From positions 148,821 to 212,820 of the forward strand of contig CAJWPC010000004.1 in assembly GCA_913045225.1 (NCBI GenBank): a DNA stretch of 64,000 nt, given 5' to 3'. A program made the translations under genes and the position numbers. Each line of letters starts with the position of its first letter. Position 1 is the first letter of the stretch. Below the pieces are notes generated by a model, which was not told the DNA's origin, ran no database searches, and worked only from the letters and a program-made list of their open reading frames with translations. Shown piece by piece: positions 33,000-43,131 of this stretch. Source of the DNA: an uncultured Rhodobiaceae bacterium (lineage in GTDB: Bacteria; Pseudomonadota; Alphaproteobacteria; Rhizobiales; TMED25).

Positions 33000-33686
33000 A
33001 TGGAAATAATAGACTTAAGCCGTGAGCTATATCACCGCACCCCACAATACCCAGGACAGCCTCCTATCATTCATGGTGTTTGGAAAAGTCACGAAGAAGC
33101 TTTTGCAGACTCTGGCAATATCCAAGGGAACTCCGTGCATTATTTTTCAATGCCTGACCATGGGGGGACACACATTGATGCCCCAAGACATTTTAGTATT
33201 GATGGAACGCCAATTAATGAATATCCACTTGAAAATTGTATTGTGAAAGGTATTTGTATCGATTTACGACACGTAGAACCAAAATCAGAGATAACGTCCT
33301 CAGATTTGGAAGAAGCCGTTAAAAAAACAGGCCAACCGATTCCAGAAAATGGAACTTTACTACTTTGCACAGGCCATCACGAGAGGACTTTCCCATCAGC
33401 TGCTTATTCAACCGATAACCCTGGAGTGAATATTGAGGCAACAAAATGGATCGCAGAACAGGGTTTCGTTCATTTTGGTATCGACTCGATGAGACCGGGC
33501 CCAATTGGAGATGTAAACTCGCTCGTACATAAAATATGTCATGAGGTAAATATCACACATCTGGAGAGCTTATGTAATCTCGAGAAACTGATTGGGAGGG
33601 GGGAATTCACATTCATTTGTCTACCGTTAGCTTGGAGGGGTGGAACAGGCTCGCCAGTAAGGGCGGTAGCAGTTTTTGATATGTAA
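33000..33686 (+). CDS. cyclase family metallohydrolase (kynurenine formamidase / isatin hydrolase-like)
   Basis: HGGTHIDAPRH fits HxGTHxDxPxH; ESLCNL; GSPVRAVA. Confidence 0.9.
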   Translation: MEIIDLSRELYHRTPQYPGQPPIIHGVWKSHEEAFADSGNIQGNSVHYFSMPDHGGTHIDAPRHFSIDGTPINEYPLENCIVKGICIDLRHVEPKSEITSSDLEEAVKKTGQPIPENGTLLLCTGHHERTFPSAAYSTDNPGVNIEATKWIAEQGFVHFGIDSMRPGPIGDVNSLVHKICHEVNITHLESLCNLEKLIGRGEFTFICLPLAWRGGTGSPVRAVAVFDM

Positions 33687-33692
33687 GATCCA

Positions 33693-34241
33693 ATGAGCCC
33701 ACAACCAAAACCACCGAGAAGGGTAATTGTAGGAAACAGGGAGGATGGCCGATCTTATGTTGTGTCAGATACTGAAAACCCCTACCAGTATAATCGAGGT
33801 GGTGGTTCAACAATCTATTTTAATGAAATCTGGACATTTGATAACTGCCCGGTTGATATATCAAATCATTCAGACGGCGCAGATAGACCGCTCTCTCACT
33901 CACCACCATTAAATGGCGCACACTTTAGAGTTATTGAGTCAAAGAAAGAAGATAATAAAAAAATTGACCAAGAAAAAGCAGATAAATTTTTTGCGTCGAT
34001 GAATAGAACAGGACTCTCTGAAAAAATGAAGAGTGAGAAGCATTGGAATATGCATCGCACCCGCACGGTTGATTATGGTGTTGTGACAAAGGGCAAAAGA
34101 ACCCATGTTTTACCCGAAGACGAATTAGTCATGTATGAGGGTGACATAATTGTTCAGCTTGGTCATTTTCATTCATGGGATAATAGTCATGGGCCAAACG
34201 AAATGCTCTTTATTATGATTGGTGGTGATGATAATGACTGA
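33693..34241 (+). CDS. cupin domain protein
   Basis: RRVIVG N-terminus, MHRTRTVDYGVV, GDIIVQLGHFHSWDN. Confidence 0.82.
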   Translation: MSPQPKPPRRVIVGNREDGRSYVVSDTENPYQYNRGGGSTIYFNEIWTFDNCPVDISNHSDGADRPLSHSPPLNGAHFRVIESKKEDNKKIDQEKADKFFASMNRTGLSEKMKSEKHWNMHRTRTVDYGVVTKGKRTHVLPEDELVMYEGDIIVQLGHFHSWDNSHGPNEMLFIMIGGDDND

Positions 34242-34773
34242 CATAAGGCGAATAGTAATTGGGCAACTTCCAAATGGCGAAATAAAAAGAATAAGTGATG
34301 GAATTGCTGAAGATGCCATTACCGATAATGCTAGACCAGGATATAAATCAACAAAAATATGGGCGACATTACGAAGCCCTGCTAATTTTGGTAATGACGC
34401 GAAAGAGGAAAGTGACAGTTACCCACACACCCTGATACCTCCAAAATCAGGATCAATATGTAGATTTGTGACTTTCCCCCCTGAAAATGAGTACATTAAT
34501 AAAGTTACAAGAGAGGATGTCAAAAATTTTTACAAATCCATTAATTCAATCGAACTCTTCAGTGCCAAAAATTTAAAGCATCCATACATGCACAAAAATA
34601 ATTCTCTAGATTATATTTACGTAATGAAAGGCTCCATCTTTTTAATTTTAGACGAAGATCAAGTTCAGCTAAATCAGGGTGATACCATAGTCAATCTTGG
34701 AGGAAATCACGCCTGGAGTAATAGAACAGATAGTGTATGTGAACTTTTTATTTCCTCGCATAGCAGCTATTAA
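34234..34773 (+). CDS. cupin domain protein (same family as upstream gene)
   Basis: RRIVIG N-terminus, MHKNNSLDYIYV, GDTIVNLGGNHAWSNR; ATG 34234 overlaps the upstream gene end. Confidence 0.82.
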   Translation: MTDIRRIVIGQLPNGEIKRISDGIAEDAITDNARPGYKSTKIWATLRSPANFGNDAKEESDSYPHTLIPPKSGSICRFVTFPPENEYINKVTREDVKNFYKSINSIELFSAKNLKHPYMHKNNSLDYIYVMKGSIFLILDEDQVQLNQGDTIVNLGGNHAWSNRTDSVCELFISSHSSY

Positions 34774-34774
34774 A

Positions 34775-35674
34775 TCAGACTGATCTACTCTCTCTCCACC
34801 ATATTGCAAGACCTGCTAATATGACAAGACATGCCCCAAAAATAGTTTGCGAACTCGGTAGTTGATTAAAAATATAATATCCCATAATTGTTGATCCAAT
34901 GATTTGTAAATATAGAAATGGTGCAATAATTGACGATGGAGTTATCCTGAATGCCTGCGTTAGTAGTAAATTTGTTATAATTGATCCAAAAGCTATAACT
35001 GCCAGTAAAAACCATTGGAATGTATCTGGCATCACAAGTGCAACGCGATCATATCCTGTAATACCACCAAAAATGAATATAGCTGTCATCATGATAACTG
35101 CTGTAATTGCCGTATAATATTGAAACACGGGAAGTCTTGCTGCATTTGCCCATTTTCTTGCCATCAATGCTGAGAGACCGTGAAATAATGCCGCTAAGGC
35201 TGGAAATACTGCACCCCATCCAACATCATCAAAATTTGGTCCGATCACAAGCAGAGCTCCACCCATTCCAGCCAAAACAGCAATCCACCTATAAATGCCG
35301 ACTTTTTCTCTCAATAGTATAGATGACAAAGCAGTTATAATGATGGGTTGTATGAAAAAAATAGCAACAGCATCCACAAGTGGGAGGACTGATAATCCGG
35401 CATAGACACATAATGTCCCAAGACTTGCAAGAATGCCTCTCACTAATAACGGCCAGCTAGGTTTGGCGATCCACTCCTCTTTTGGAAGATACAAATATAT
35501 ATAAACGCTCAATACTACAACATGCAGCATGAATCTAGTAAAAGAAACCTGCGGAGGCGCCATGGCATCGCCGAGAAGTTTTACAGATGCCTCAATAAAT
35601 GGCACTGTCAGAATGAAACCAAAGGTGAATAGTGTACCCTTAGTTGAGTCATCAATAATTTTTATTTGAGCCAT
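34775..35674 (-). CDS. DMT/EamA family transporter
   Basis: About 10 hydrophobic segments, LLREKVGIYRW, IAPFLYLQII, GLAIWWRE. Confidence 0.88.
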   Translation of the reverse strand: MAQIKIIDDSTKGTLFTFGFILTVPFIEASVKLLGDAMAPPQVSFTRFMLHVVVLSVYIYLYLPKEEWIAKPSWPLLVRGILASLGTLCVYAGLSVLPLVDAVAIFFIQPIIITALSSILLREKVGIYRWIAVLAGMGGALLVIGPNFDDVGWGAVFPALAALFHGLSALMARKWANAARLPVFQYYTAITAVIMMTAIFIFGGITGYDRVALVMPDTFQWFLLAVIAFGSIITNLLLTQAFRITPSSIIAPFLYLQIIGSTIMGYYIFNQLPSSQTIFGACLVILAGLAIWWRESRSV

Positions 35675-35691
35675 TTTTTCAGATTATAAAT

Positions 35692-36795
35692 TTACAATTT
35701 AATACTGTATTGATTTAATTTATCTTCATCAATATTTATTCCGAGGCCAGGACCGTCGTCGGGAGTGATTATGTGGCCTTCAATAACTTTGACTGGATTT
35801 TCTGCTATATCATCTGACAAATATTGACTAGATAAACTCGCATCCCAGTCAAGAGATGGTAGCGCTCTGGTGAAGTGGGCTATCGCCGCACTTCCAATTG
35901 ATGTGTTTGCAGCTTTTCCAGCAAGATTTATATGCATGTCATATGAATGCATCAGATTTGCAGCTTCAAATAATTGCGCGACGCCTCCAAATTTGATCAT
36001 TTTGAGACTACCGCCATTTGCCGCCTTACGATCATAATGTATCTTTATATCATCAATATTGTGGATTCCTTCATCCACACCAATAGGTGCATACGATCTT
36101 GCGTTGCATTCCACCATTGTATCAATATCTTTTCCAGTTACCGGCTGTTCAAAAAAGTCCAATCCGATATCACCCGTCTTTGAAGCAAAAATTAATGCGT
36201 CGCTTCTATTAAAACCCTGGTTGGCATCCGCTGAAAGCGTATAATTATGATCAAGAATTCTCTGGGCCTGATATGATCTCTCTATATCCTCGTGAACATT
36301 ATTTGTGCCTACTTTAACCTTGAAAGAAACAAAACCTTGGTCGACTTTTTCTGCCAGCAACTTAAACTCATCATCACCACCAGCAACCAGCCAAATCATT
36401 GGAACCTTATCTCTCTTAGCTCCGCCGAGAGTTTCGTATAGTGGTTTATCCTCTGATTTACCAAATAGATCATATAATGCCATATCAATTGCAGATTTAG
36501 CACCTGAGTTTCCGTAGATTGTTGATGATATTACGTCTTTAATATCACTTTGTTGCAGAATTTCTTTTCCCAGTAATCTATCTTTCATAAAATCAATTGC
36601 AGCAACCATACCGCGAGATGTTTCACCGTTAAAAAAAGGGGCATAAGGGGCCTCACCCCAACCAACTTTTCCGTTATTCGCGGTTATTTTTACAACTGTA
36701 TTATCGCAATGCTCAATATGGACACCTGACATTTTTAGTGGCACCAAAAGCGGTACCTGAATTATGTATGTCTCAATATTTTTTATTTTAAACAT
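35692..36795 (-). CDS. enolase-superfamily enzyme (MLE-subgroup-like), copy 1
   Basis: GWGEA, KVKVG, DANQG, EQP, DEG, LKMIKFGG, GPGLG. Confidence 0.88.
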   Translation of the reverse strand: MFKIKNIETYIIQVPLLVPLKMSGVHIEHCDNTVVKITANNGKVGWGEAPYAPFFNGETSRGMVAAIDFMKDRLLGKEILQQSDIKDVISSTIYGNSGAKSAIDMALYDLFGKSEDKPLYETLGGAKRDKVPMIWLVAGGDDEFKLLAEKVDQGFVSFKVKVGTNNVHEDIERSYQAQRILDHNYTLSADANQGFNRSDALIFASKTGDIGLDFFEQPVTGKDIDTMVECNARSYAPIGVDEGIHNIDDIKIHYDRKAANGGSLKMIKFGGVAQLFEAANLMHSYDMHINLAGKAANTSIGSAAIAHFTRALPSLDWDASLSSQYLSDDIAENPVKVIEGHIITPDDGPGLGINIDEDKLNQYSIKL

Positions 36796-36807
36796 ATACA
36801 AGCGGTA

Positions 36808-37878
36808 TCATAATTTGATTGTATTATTCAACTTCGCAGACTCTTCCATTGCAAGTGTAATTATTAAATTCTTTCTTGCATCTTTGGGTGTTGCAATTGG
36901 GCATGGTCGATCCATTGATAAGTGGTCTAACCAGACTCGAGTCTCATCAGCCACAGGACCCCAATAATCTCCAAGATGCCAATTTCCGGGGGTTGAGCTT
37001 GATAAAAATGCAGTATTAAACTCAAGATCGGGAATATAGGCATGAGGTATTCCGTTATTTGTAATTAACAACTCATCTGTATGATCATCATTTAGAATTA
37101 ATGCCCCATCATCACCATATACCTCAAATCTTACACCCATACCTAACTGTGGAGAGTGCGAAGGAAGCGCAAAAAATACGCCTAAGTTTACGATTGCACC
37201 ATTATCAAATTTGATTAAACTCCATGTAGTATCATTTACATCAAATCCTGCTTCTCGAAAAACTGTTCCCGCACCTCGAGCAGTGACTTCAACTGGCTCA
37301 ATGCCATCAAGATACCAACATGCAACATCAACCCAATACGTTAGAACATCTACCACAGGCGTCGCCGTACTTGACCTCTTCAATATTTCAATGCCTTGTG
37401 CACGTGTATTACAAGCCCGCGCCGAAATAGATAGGATATTTCCAATTCGTCCTTCAAGCAGCTGATCTTTACCTGAGAGATATCTTCTTTTGAAACGTTG
37501 GGCATAACCGACTCTGAATAATGTTCCTGTCTCTTCAGATTTTTTTATCATTTTATCAGCCTCATCAACCGAAAGTGCGATTGGTTTTTCAACTAAAACC
37601 GGCTTACCTAATTCAAGCGCATGCATTACTGAGTCAAAATGCTCATGCTCACTTGTCGACACAATCACAACATTGACATTCGGATCTGAGATTAATTCAT
37701 GATTGTCATTTGTAAATTTTTGAGCATTGGATTTGGCTGCGAGTTTTTTTGCATTTTCAATATTTATATCTGAGACTCCTAAATAATTTACTGCAGGGTG
37801 ACCAGATGCTAAGATCGCTCTCAGAGATCCAATCCTTCCAGAACCAATAACTGCTAAACCAAGTTCTTTCTGGGACAT
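36808..37878 (-). CDS. Gfo/Idh/MocA family oxidoreductase
   Basis: IGSGRIG, VLVEKP, GYAQRF. Confidence 0.88.
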   Translation of the reverse strand: MSQKELGLAVIGSGRIGSLRAILASGHPAVNYLGVSDINIENAKKLAAKSNAQKFTNDNHELISDPNVNVVIVSTSEHEHFDSVMHALELGKPVLVEKPIALSVDEADKMIKKSEETGTLFRVGYAQRFKRRYLSGKDQLLEGRIGNILSISARACNTRAQGIEILKRSSTATPVVDVLTYWVDVACWYLDGIEPVEVTARGAGTVFREAGFDVNDTTWSLIKFDNGAIVNLGVFFALPSHSPQLGMGVRFEVYGDDGALILNDDHTDELLITNNGIPHAYIPDLEFNTAFLSSSTPGNWHLGDYWGPVADETRVWLDHLSMDRPCPIATPKDARKNLIITLAMEESAKLNNTIKL

Positions 37879-37879
37879 T

Positions 37880-38911
37880 TTAAATTTTACCTTTAAGTGA
37901 GCTTATGACATCCTCTACGAGGTTTTTTGATGATGTCACTTCACCTGCATAAATCCTCTTTGTCACTTCGACAATTTTATCATTAATTGGAGTTTCAATG
38001 CCAAGTTTTTGGCCGCCTTCAGATACCCATCCATTGATAAGGTCAACTTCACTTAGGCGTCCTTTCCTGTGATCTTGCAGTACGGTATTTAATGCCGTAG
38101 GACCGACATGTTTTGTGATAGTATCAAGTAAGAGTTCCTGGACTCTGTTTGATGTATTAATTTCTTCTTGGGTTAATCCCATAATTGGCTCTAATTTATA
38201 ACCAAGACCTTCACCAACCTTAAGCGCTTCCTCTCCGGCCTTCAGCATAAGGTCTCTCATACCATCCATTTCAAAAGCTTCAGCAGGCCGCAGATCCCCA
38301 ATGGCCTTTATCCCCATTCCCATTGCATTAACAATTAATTTCATCCATTTTGCTGATAAAATTGCATCACTTATCCCGACTTTGCCAGCAAATTTCAGTA
38401 CTTCTTCAACATCTGCAATTCTACTTTTCATTTCAGGGGTCAGCGCACCAAGACCAAACCACGTTCCCTCAGGGGGAGTATTTCTTTTGACTGACCCTGG
38501 GTCAAACAATTCAGACGATAGCTCAGCAACACATCCTATGGTCCTGTGCGGCCCAACTATTTCAGAAATTTGTTCTGCCATCATACAATTTTGAACCCCT
38601 ACCAAGATTCCATCGTCAGCTAAGTATGGCTTTATTAGTTCGCATGTCCAAGCCGTATCATATGCTTTGACAAAAACTAGGACAATGTCAAACTTCTCGG
38701 TAAATGTTGCTACATCGCATAAATGATAGGCATCAACATTGACTTCTAATGTTCGGTTCGGCATTTCAATCTTAAGTCCATCCTTTCGCATCTTTTCAAC
38801 ATGCTCAGGCCACTGATCGATCATTTTTACATCCAAACCATTACTAATTAGATCTGCAGAAACGCAGCTACCATTGGCGCCAGTACCGATTATTGCAATT
38901 TTCTTTTTCAT
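37880..38911 (-). CDS. ketopantoate reductase (ApbA/PanE)-family dehydrogenase
   Basis: IIGTGANG, VKAYD, KWMKLIVN, LQDHRKGRLSEVDLING; start moved to ATG 38911. Confidence 0.85.
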   Translation of the reverse strand: MKKKIAIIGTGANGSCVSADLISNGLDVKMIDQWPEHVEKMRKDGLKIEMPNRTLEVNVDAYHLCDVATFTEKFDIVLVFVKAYDTAWTCELIKPYLADDGILVGVQNCMMAEQISEIVGPHRTIGCVAELSSELFDPGSVKRNTPPEGTWFGLGALTPEMKSRIADVEEVLKFAGKVGISDAILSAKWMKLIVNAMGMGIKAIGDLRPAEAFEMDGMRDLMLKAGEEALKVGEGLGYKLEPIMGLTQEEINTSNRVQELLLDTITKHVGPTALNTVLQDHRKGRLSEVDLINGWVSEGGQKLGIETPINDKIVEVTKRIYAGEVTSSKNLVEDVISSLKGKI

Positions 38912-38978
38912 CTTTATCCTCATCCCATTTTCACAAAGTAGTAGACAGCATTTACAAATAATGCCATGTAATAAAATC

Positions 38979-40208
38979 ATGGTCTACAATAAATTAAAAC
39001 TTATTTTTATTATTATATTACCATTTGGAGTGGGCTATTTATTGTCTTTCTTCCTGCGAAATACGAATGCAATATTAGCCCCGGAATTAACACAAACATT
39101 TTCACTAAATGCAACTGAGATTGGTTTTTTAACAAGTATTTTTTTCTTCGCTGGGGCCGCCCAATATATTCCTCTTGCCATTCTTTTGGATAAATATGGT
39201 CCAAAAAAAATATATATTGGCGAGATTATCCTAGCAATAATTGGATGCATCATCACAACATATGCCGATAGTTATTTAATGCTTGTTATTGGTCGGGCCT
39301 TTCTCGGCTTGGGTATTGGATCTTGCCTGACCACAGCGTTAAAATCCGTAACAATATGGTTTCCCAGTCAATTTTGGGCAACTGCAAACGGTATGATATT
39401 ATTTAGCGGTTCCATTGGCGCTATATTATCCACCAAGCCTCTACAAATATTCATGAACTTCTATGAATGGAGAGATCTATTTTTCATAGGTTTTATAATC
39501 TGCCTAATACTACTTTCCGTGGTTATCCTATCAATGCCCAACAAAAAAAGTGAAAACCAATCCAGTGATGAGTCTAATTTTTACGTCTATATGCAGATCA
39601 TAAAAAATAAAAATTTTTATACACTCGCACCCGTCTCAGCTCTAGGTTTAGCAAGTTTTTTTACTATTCAAGGGCTATGGGCAAATGGATGGATGGCTGA
39701 TGTTGCCGGTCTGTCGCAAGAAGAAATTGGCTTGAGACTCTTAATTGTTGCTGTAGCAATGTCCTTTGGAACACTCGGCAATGGTGCCTTAGTAGATTAT
39801 TTATCTAAAAAGGGTGTCGACAGAGCAAAATACCTTGCTACAGGATTGATGATGCTTTTTATTGTTCAAATTTTCTTTGCACTAAATATTGATACAGATG
39901 GCTATTGGCAATGGGTCATTTTAGGACTTACTGGAAATATAGGTGTTTTAGTGCATCCCATACTTAATAAAACATACCCCCCAGGCTATTCAGCAAGATC
40001 CATATCAACCATCGCCGTCTCAACATTCTTATTGGTTTTTATTATTCAGTTCGGCATTGGTTATATATTAGATATATGGGGACCCAATGAATTTGGTGCC
40101 TATCCGGTGGTTGCTTATAATTATGCGTTTGGTATGTTAATAATTATTGAGATTTTATTCTTTGGTTGGATGTTGTTAAACATACGCAGGCTTAAAATAA
40201 ATTTTTGA
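38979..40208 (+). CDS. MFS transporter
   Basis: About 12 TM segments, LLDKYGPKK motif A, GRAFLGLG; start moved to ATG 38979. Confidence 0.88.
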   Translation: MVYNKLKLIFIIILPFGVGYLLSFFLRNTNAILAPELTQTFSLNATEIGFLTSIFFFAGAAQYIPLAILLDKYGPKKIYIGEIILAIIGCIITTYADSYLMLVIGRAFLGLGIGSCLTTALKSVTIWFPSQFWATANGMILFSGSIGAILSTKPLQIFMNFYEWRDLFFIGFIICLILLSVVILSMPNKKSENQSSDESNFYVYMQIIKNKNFYTLAPVSALGLASFFTIQGLWANGWMADVAGLSQEEIGLRLLIVAVAMSFGTLGNGALVDYLSKKGVDRAKYLATGLMMLFIVQIFFALNIDTDGYWQWVILGLTGNIGVLVHPILNKTYPPGYSARSISTIAVSTFLLVFIIQFGIGYILDIWGPNEFGAYPVVAYNYAFGMLIIIEILFFGWMLLNIRRLKINF

Positions 40209-40219
40209 ACCAAAATCAC

Positions 40220-41314
40220 ATGTTAAAGATTAAAGAAATTACAATTCACAATATTGCCCTCCCTCTCCAAGAGACAATACGTATGTCGAAAGTTATAATT
40301 GAAAAAAGTAATAGCATACTTGTAAAAGTTAAAAGTACTGATGATATCTCGGGATGGGGTGAGGCAGCTTCATCTCTATCTATGACTGGGGAGAGTGCAG
40401 CCGGAATGATATTGGCCCTTGAATATATTAAAAATGAGATCATAAATAAGGAAATAGAGAGTATTGGGGAGATATATGAACTGATACAACGATCAATCTA
40501 TGGAAACTACGCTGCAAAATCCGCTATAGAAGTTGCATTGGTAGATCTATTAGCCAAAACTCAGAAAAAAACTTTCTCTGAACTAATTGGAATAAAGCAG
40601 CGAGAAGAACTTCCCATTATTTGGCGTATTGCAGGGGCGAAAAATGAGACGGATGAAGCAAAAAAAATGAAAGATGATGGCTTTTCTGCATTTAAAATAA
40701 AAGTGGGAGCAAATACAATCCCTGAAGATTTATCAAGGGCTGAAAATTTAAGACGGGTGCTGGGTGAACATATCCAACTTACAGCAGACGCTAATGCAGG
40801 ATATTCATCAAAAGATGCTTTAGATCTATGCTCGAAGATAGATGGTGCTGTCCTGGATTATATGGAGCAGCCAGTAAATGGCTACGATGTTGAGACCATG
40901 AAAAAATGTAATTCTCTTATGGATATTCCACTTAGCGCAGATGAAGGAATACACTCACAATCAGATCTTATTCTTCACAAAAAAATGGATGCAGCTGATG
41001 GTGCGAGTTTAAAATTAATAAAATTTGGTGGAATTAAAGCTTTACTCTTAGCTGTCGATTATATGAAAGAGCAGAATATGCATGTGAATATTAGTGGTAA
41101 AGCTGGAGACTCATCCGTTAGTGCTGCTACGATAGGTCACATATCTCATGTAGCAAGTAAGCTTGATTGGTTCAGCAATGTCAGCATCCAATATCTCGCT
41201 GACGATATCATCAAAAACCCTATGACTATTCAAGATGGGAAAATTATACTAAAATCAGGTCCAGGGCTTGGTATAGAAATCGACGAGAATAAAGTTGAAA
41301 AATATAAAATATAG
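40220..41314 (+). CDS. enolase-superfamily enzyme (MLE-subgroup-like), copy 2
   Basis: GWGEA, KIKVG, DANAG, EQP, DEG, LKLIKFGG, GPGLG; collinear with copy 1. Confidence 0.88.
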   Translation: MLKIKEITIHNIALPLQETIRMSKVIIEKSNSILVKVKSTDDISGWGEAASSLSMTGESAAGMILALEYIKNEIINKEIESIGEIYELIQRSIYGNYAAKSAIEVALVDLLAKTQKKTFSELIGIKQREELPIIWRIAGAKNETDEAKKMKDDGFSAFKIKVGANTIPEDLSRAENLRRVLGEHIQLTADANAGYSSKDALDLCSKIDGAVLDYMEQPVNGYDVETMKKCNSLMDIPLSADEGIHSQSDLILHKKMDAADGASLKLIKFGGIKALLLAVDYMKEQNMHVNISGKAGDSSVSAATIGHISHVASKLDWFSNVSIQYLADDIIKNPMTIQDGKIILKSGPGLGIEIDENKVEKYKI

Positions 41315-41324
41315 GGATGTATAA

Positions 41325-41945
41325 ATGTTGCATATAAAAGGCAGAAAAACTTCTGGTAATGTGATGAAAGTGACATGGATATTGGAGGAGTTAAAAATAC
41401 CATACGAAAGAGAAGATGTTGGCGGTAAGTTTGGCAAGAATGATGAACAAGATTACTTAGATCTAAATCCAATGGGGCTCGTACCAACACTTATTGACGG
41501 TGATATTATCCTCTGGGAGTCAAATACAATTGTGCGCTACATCGCAAATAAATTTAGTTCCGGTGACTTATCACCAGTCGATGATGGGGAAAGAGCTATT
41601 TTAGAACTTTGGATGGACTGGCAATTATTTGCAATAAACCCAATGATGAGACCTATCTATCATGGAATGATAAGGACTAAGCCCGAAGATAGGAACTGGG
41701 ATGAGATCAATAGGAATATTATGCGTGGAAATGAATTATGGGCGATATTAGACAAACATCTCGAAGATAAAGAATATATCGGTGGTAATAAGTTAACCAT
41801 TGCTGATTTTCCAGTCGGACCTGTCATTCATCGCTATCACTCTATTGTCGAGGACAGACCAGTAACACCAAATATCGATAGATGGTACAATAATTTGAAA
41901 GAGTCCGAAGCATACCAAAAAATTGTCATGATACCCCTTGAATAA
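41325..41945 (+). CDS. glutathione S-transferase family protein
   Basis: GRKTSGNVMKV, NPMGLVPTL, LWESNTIVRY, TIADF. Confidence 0.9.
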   Translation: MLHIKGRKTSGNVMKVTWILEELKIPYEREDVGGKFGKNDEQDYLDLNPMGLVPTLIDGDIILWESNTIVRYIANKFSSGDLSPVDDGERAILELWMDWQLFAINPMMRPIYHGMIRTKPEDRNWDEINRNIMRGNELWAILDKHLEDKEYIGGNKLTIADFPVGPVIHRYHSIVEDRPVTPNIDRWYNNLKESEAYQKIVMIPLE

Positions 41946-41946
41946 T

Positions 41947-43044
41947 CTATTCAAGAAGGGCATTAATCCCATATTTATCTGCAATTTTTTCTAATTGTTC
42001 ATAAACAGCTGGTGTAATTGGAATACCCAGTTTCGTATTCTCTTCTATTGCCATAGCTTCAGGTTCACCATGAATATAAACTTTATCTTGGCCGGGCTCT
42101 TTTTTTGCATTTCTGATAATGTCATACGTTGCGTCCATCTCTTTTTGAATTTCCTTGGGGTCCCGAAATCCATCAAGCCTAATCGCTCCCATCAGGTGAC
42201 CCATAGCGGGTCTCTCAGTACCGCGCGCACCTTTAATTCGATCGGCAAAAGATGTTCCGGTAATAGCACCGCATAGAAGCTCAACCATCAAGTTTAAACC
42301 GTAACCTTTATGGCCACCTCTATCCATTCCAGCCCCTCCAAGTGGGAGCAGAGGTGCTCCATAAGTTAGTACGCCATTGTCATCTAAAACGGGTTCATCA
42401 CCCGTTGGAGATACCCATCCTTCTGTGATGTCCCTACCTTCACGCAAAGCCGTCTCAATTTTTCCAACTGCAACTGTAGTTGTTGCCATATCCAACAGGA
42501 AATTTGTATAGTCACCACCCGGTATCGCAACAGACATTGGATTGGTGCCAAGCATAGACTCTCGCGCATAAGTTGGCGTCATTCTGCCGCCACTATTTGA
42601 CATAGAAATGCCTATAAAACCTCTGCGCATGGCAATATCCGACCAATAACCAGCAAAACCAAAATGGCTGGAGTTAGCAACCCCGACAAATCCTGTTCCA
42701 TACTCTTCAGCAACCTCCATAGCCTTTTGCATCGCTTTGTTTGCAGCAATTATTCCAATAGCATTATCTGCATCAAGGAGCCCTGTTGTTTTTGTATTCA
42801 TTTTTAAATCAAAGTTTGGGTGGAGATTTAATGTACCCTTTTCAAGCCTCACAATAAAGTAACTCAAACGCGCAGCCCCATGACTTCTTACGCCTCTCAG
42901 ATCTGCTCCCACTAAAACATCGCCAACAAGATCAGCATCATCAGGTTCAACCCCAACTCTTATGAGTGCTGTCGATAAAAAATTTTTTACGACCGATGGG
43001 TCATATCTTTTTGTTCCCTTTGGTAATGGCGATGTTTCAACCAT
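41947..43044 (-). CDS. Ldh_2 family (malate/L-lactate/sulfolactate/ureidoglycolate dehydrogenase-like) oxidoreductase
   Basis: GVRSHG, NSSHFG, LGTNP, LDMATT, GHKGYGL. Confidence 0.9.
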   Translation of the reverse strand: MVETSPLPKGTKRYDPSVVKNFLSTALIRVGVEPDDADLVGDVLVGADLRGVRSHGAARLSYFIVRLEKGTLNLHPNFDLKMNTKTTGLLDADNAIGIIAANKAMQKAMEVAEEYGTGFVGVANSSHFGFAGYWSDIAMRRGFIGISMSNSGGRMTPTYARESMLGTNPMSVAIPGGDYTNFLLDMATTTVAVGKIETALREGRDITEGWVSPTGDEPVLDDNGVLTYGAPLLPLGGAGMDRGGHKGYGLNLMVELLCGAITGTSFADRIKGARGTERPAMGHLMGAIRLDGFRDPKEIQKEMDATYDIIRNAKKEPGQDKVYIHGEPEAMAIEENTKLGIPITPAVYEQLEKIADKYGINALLE

Positions 43045-43131
43045 AATCTAGCTCCTTCAAAAAATAGACAGTAAAGATACAAATCTGTTATAATATATTT
43101 TAAAAATTTATCTTTAGGAAGGGATTTGATA

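Noticed and set aside
38874-38980. Apparent head-to-head overlaps in the ORF track (KPR/MFS; also 55313-55448 and 57482-57669)
   Set aside because: Artefacts of longest-ORF starts; they disappear with ATGs at 38911/38979, 55241 and 57543/57629
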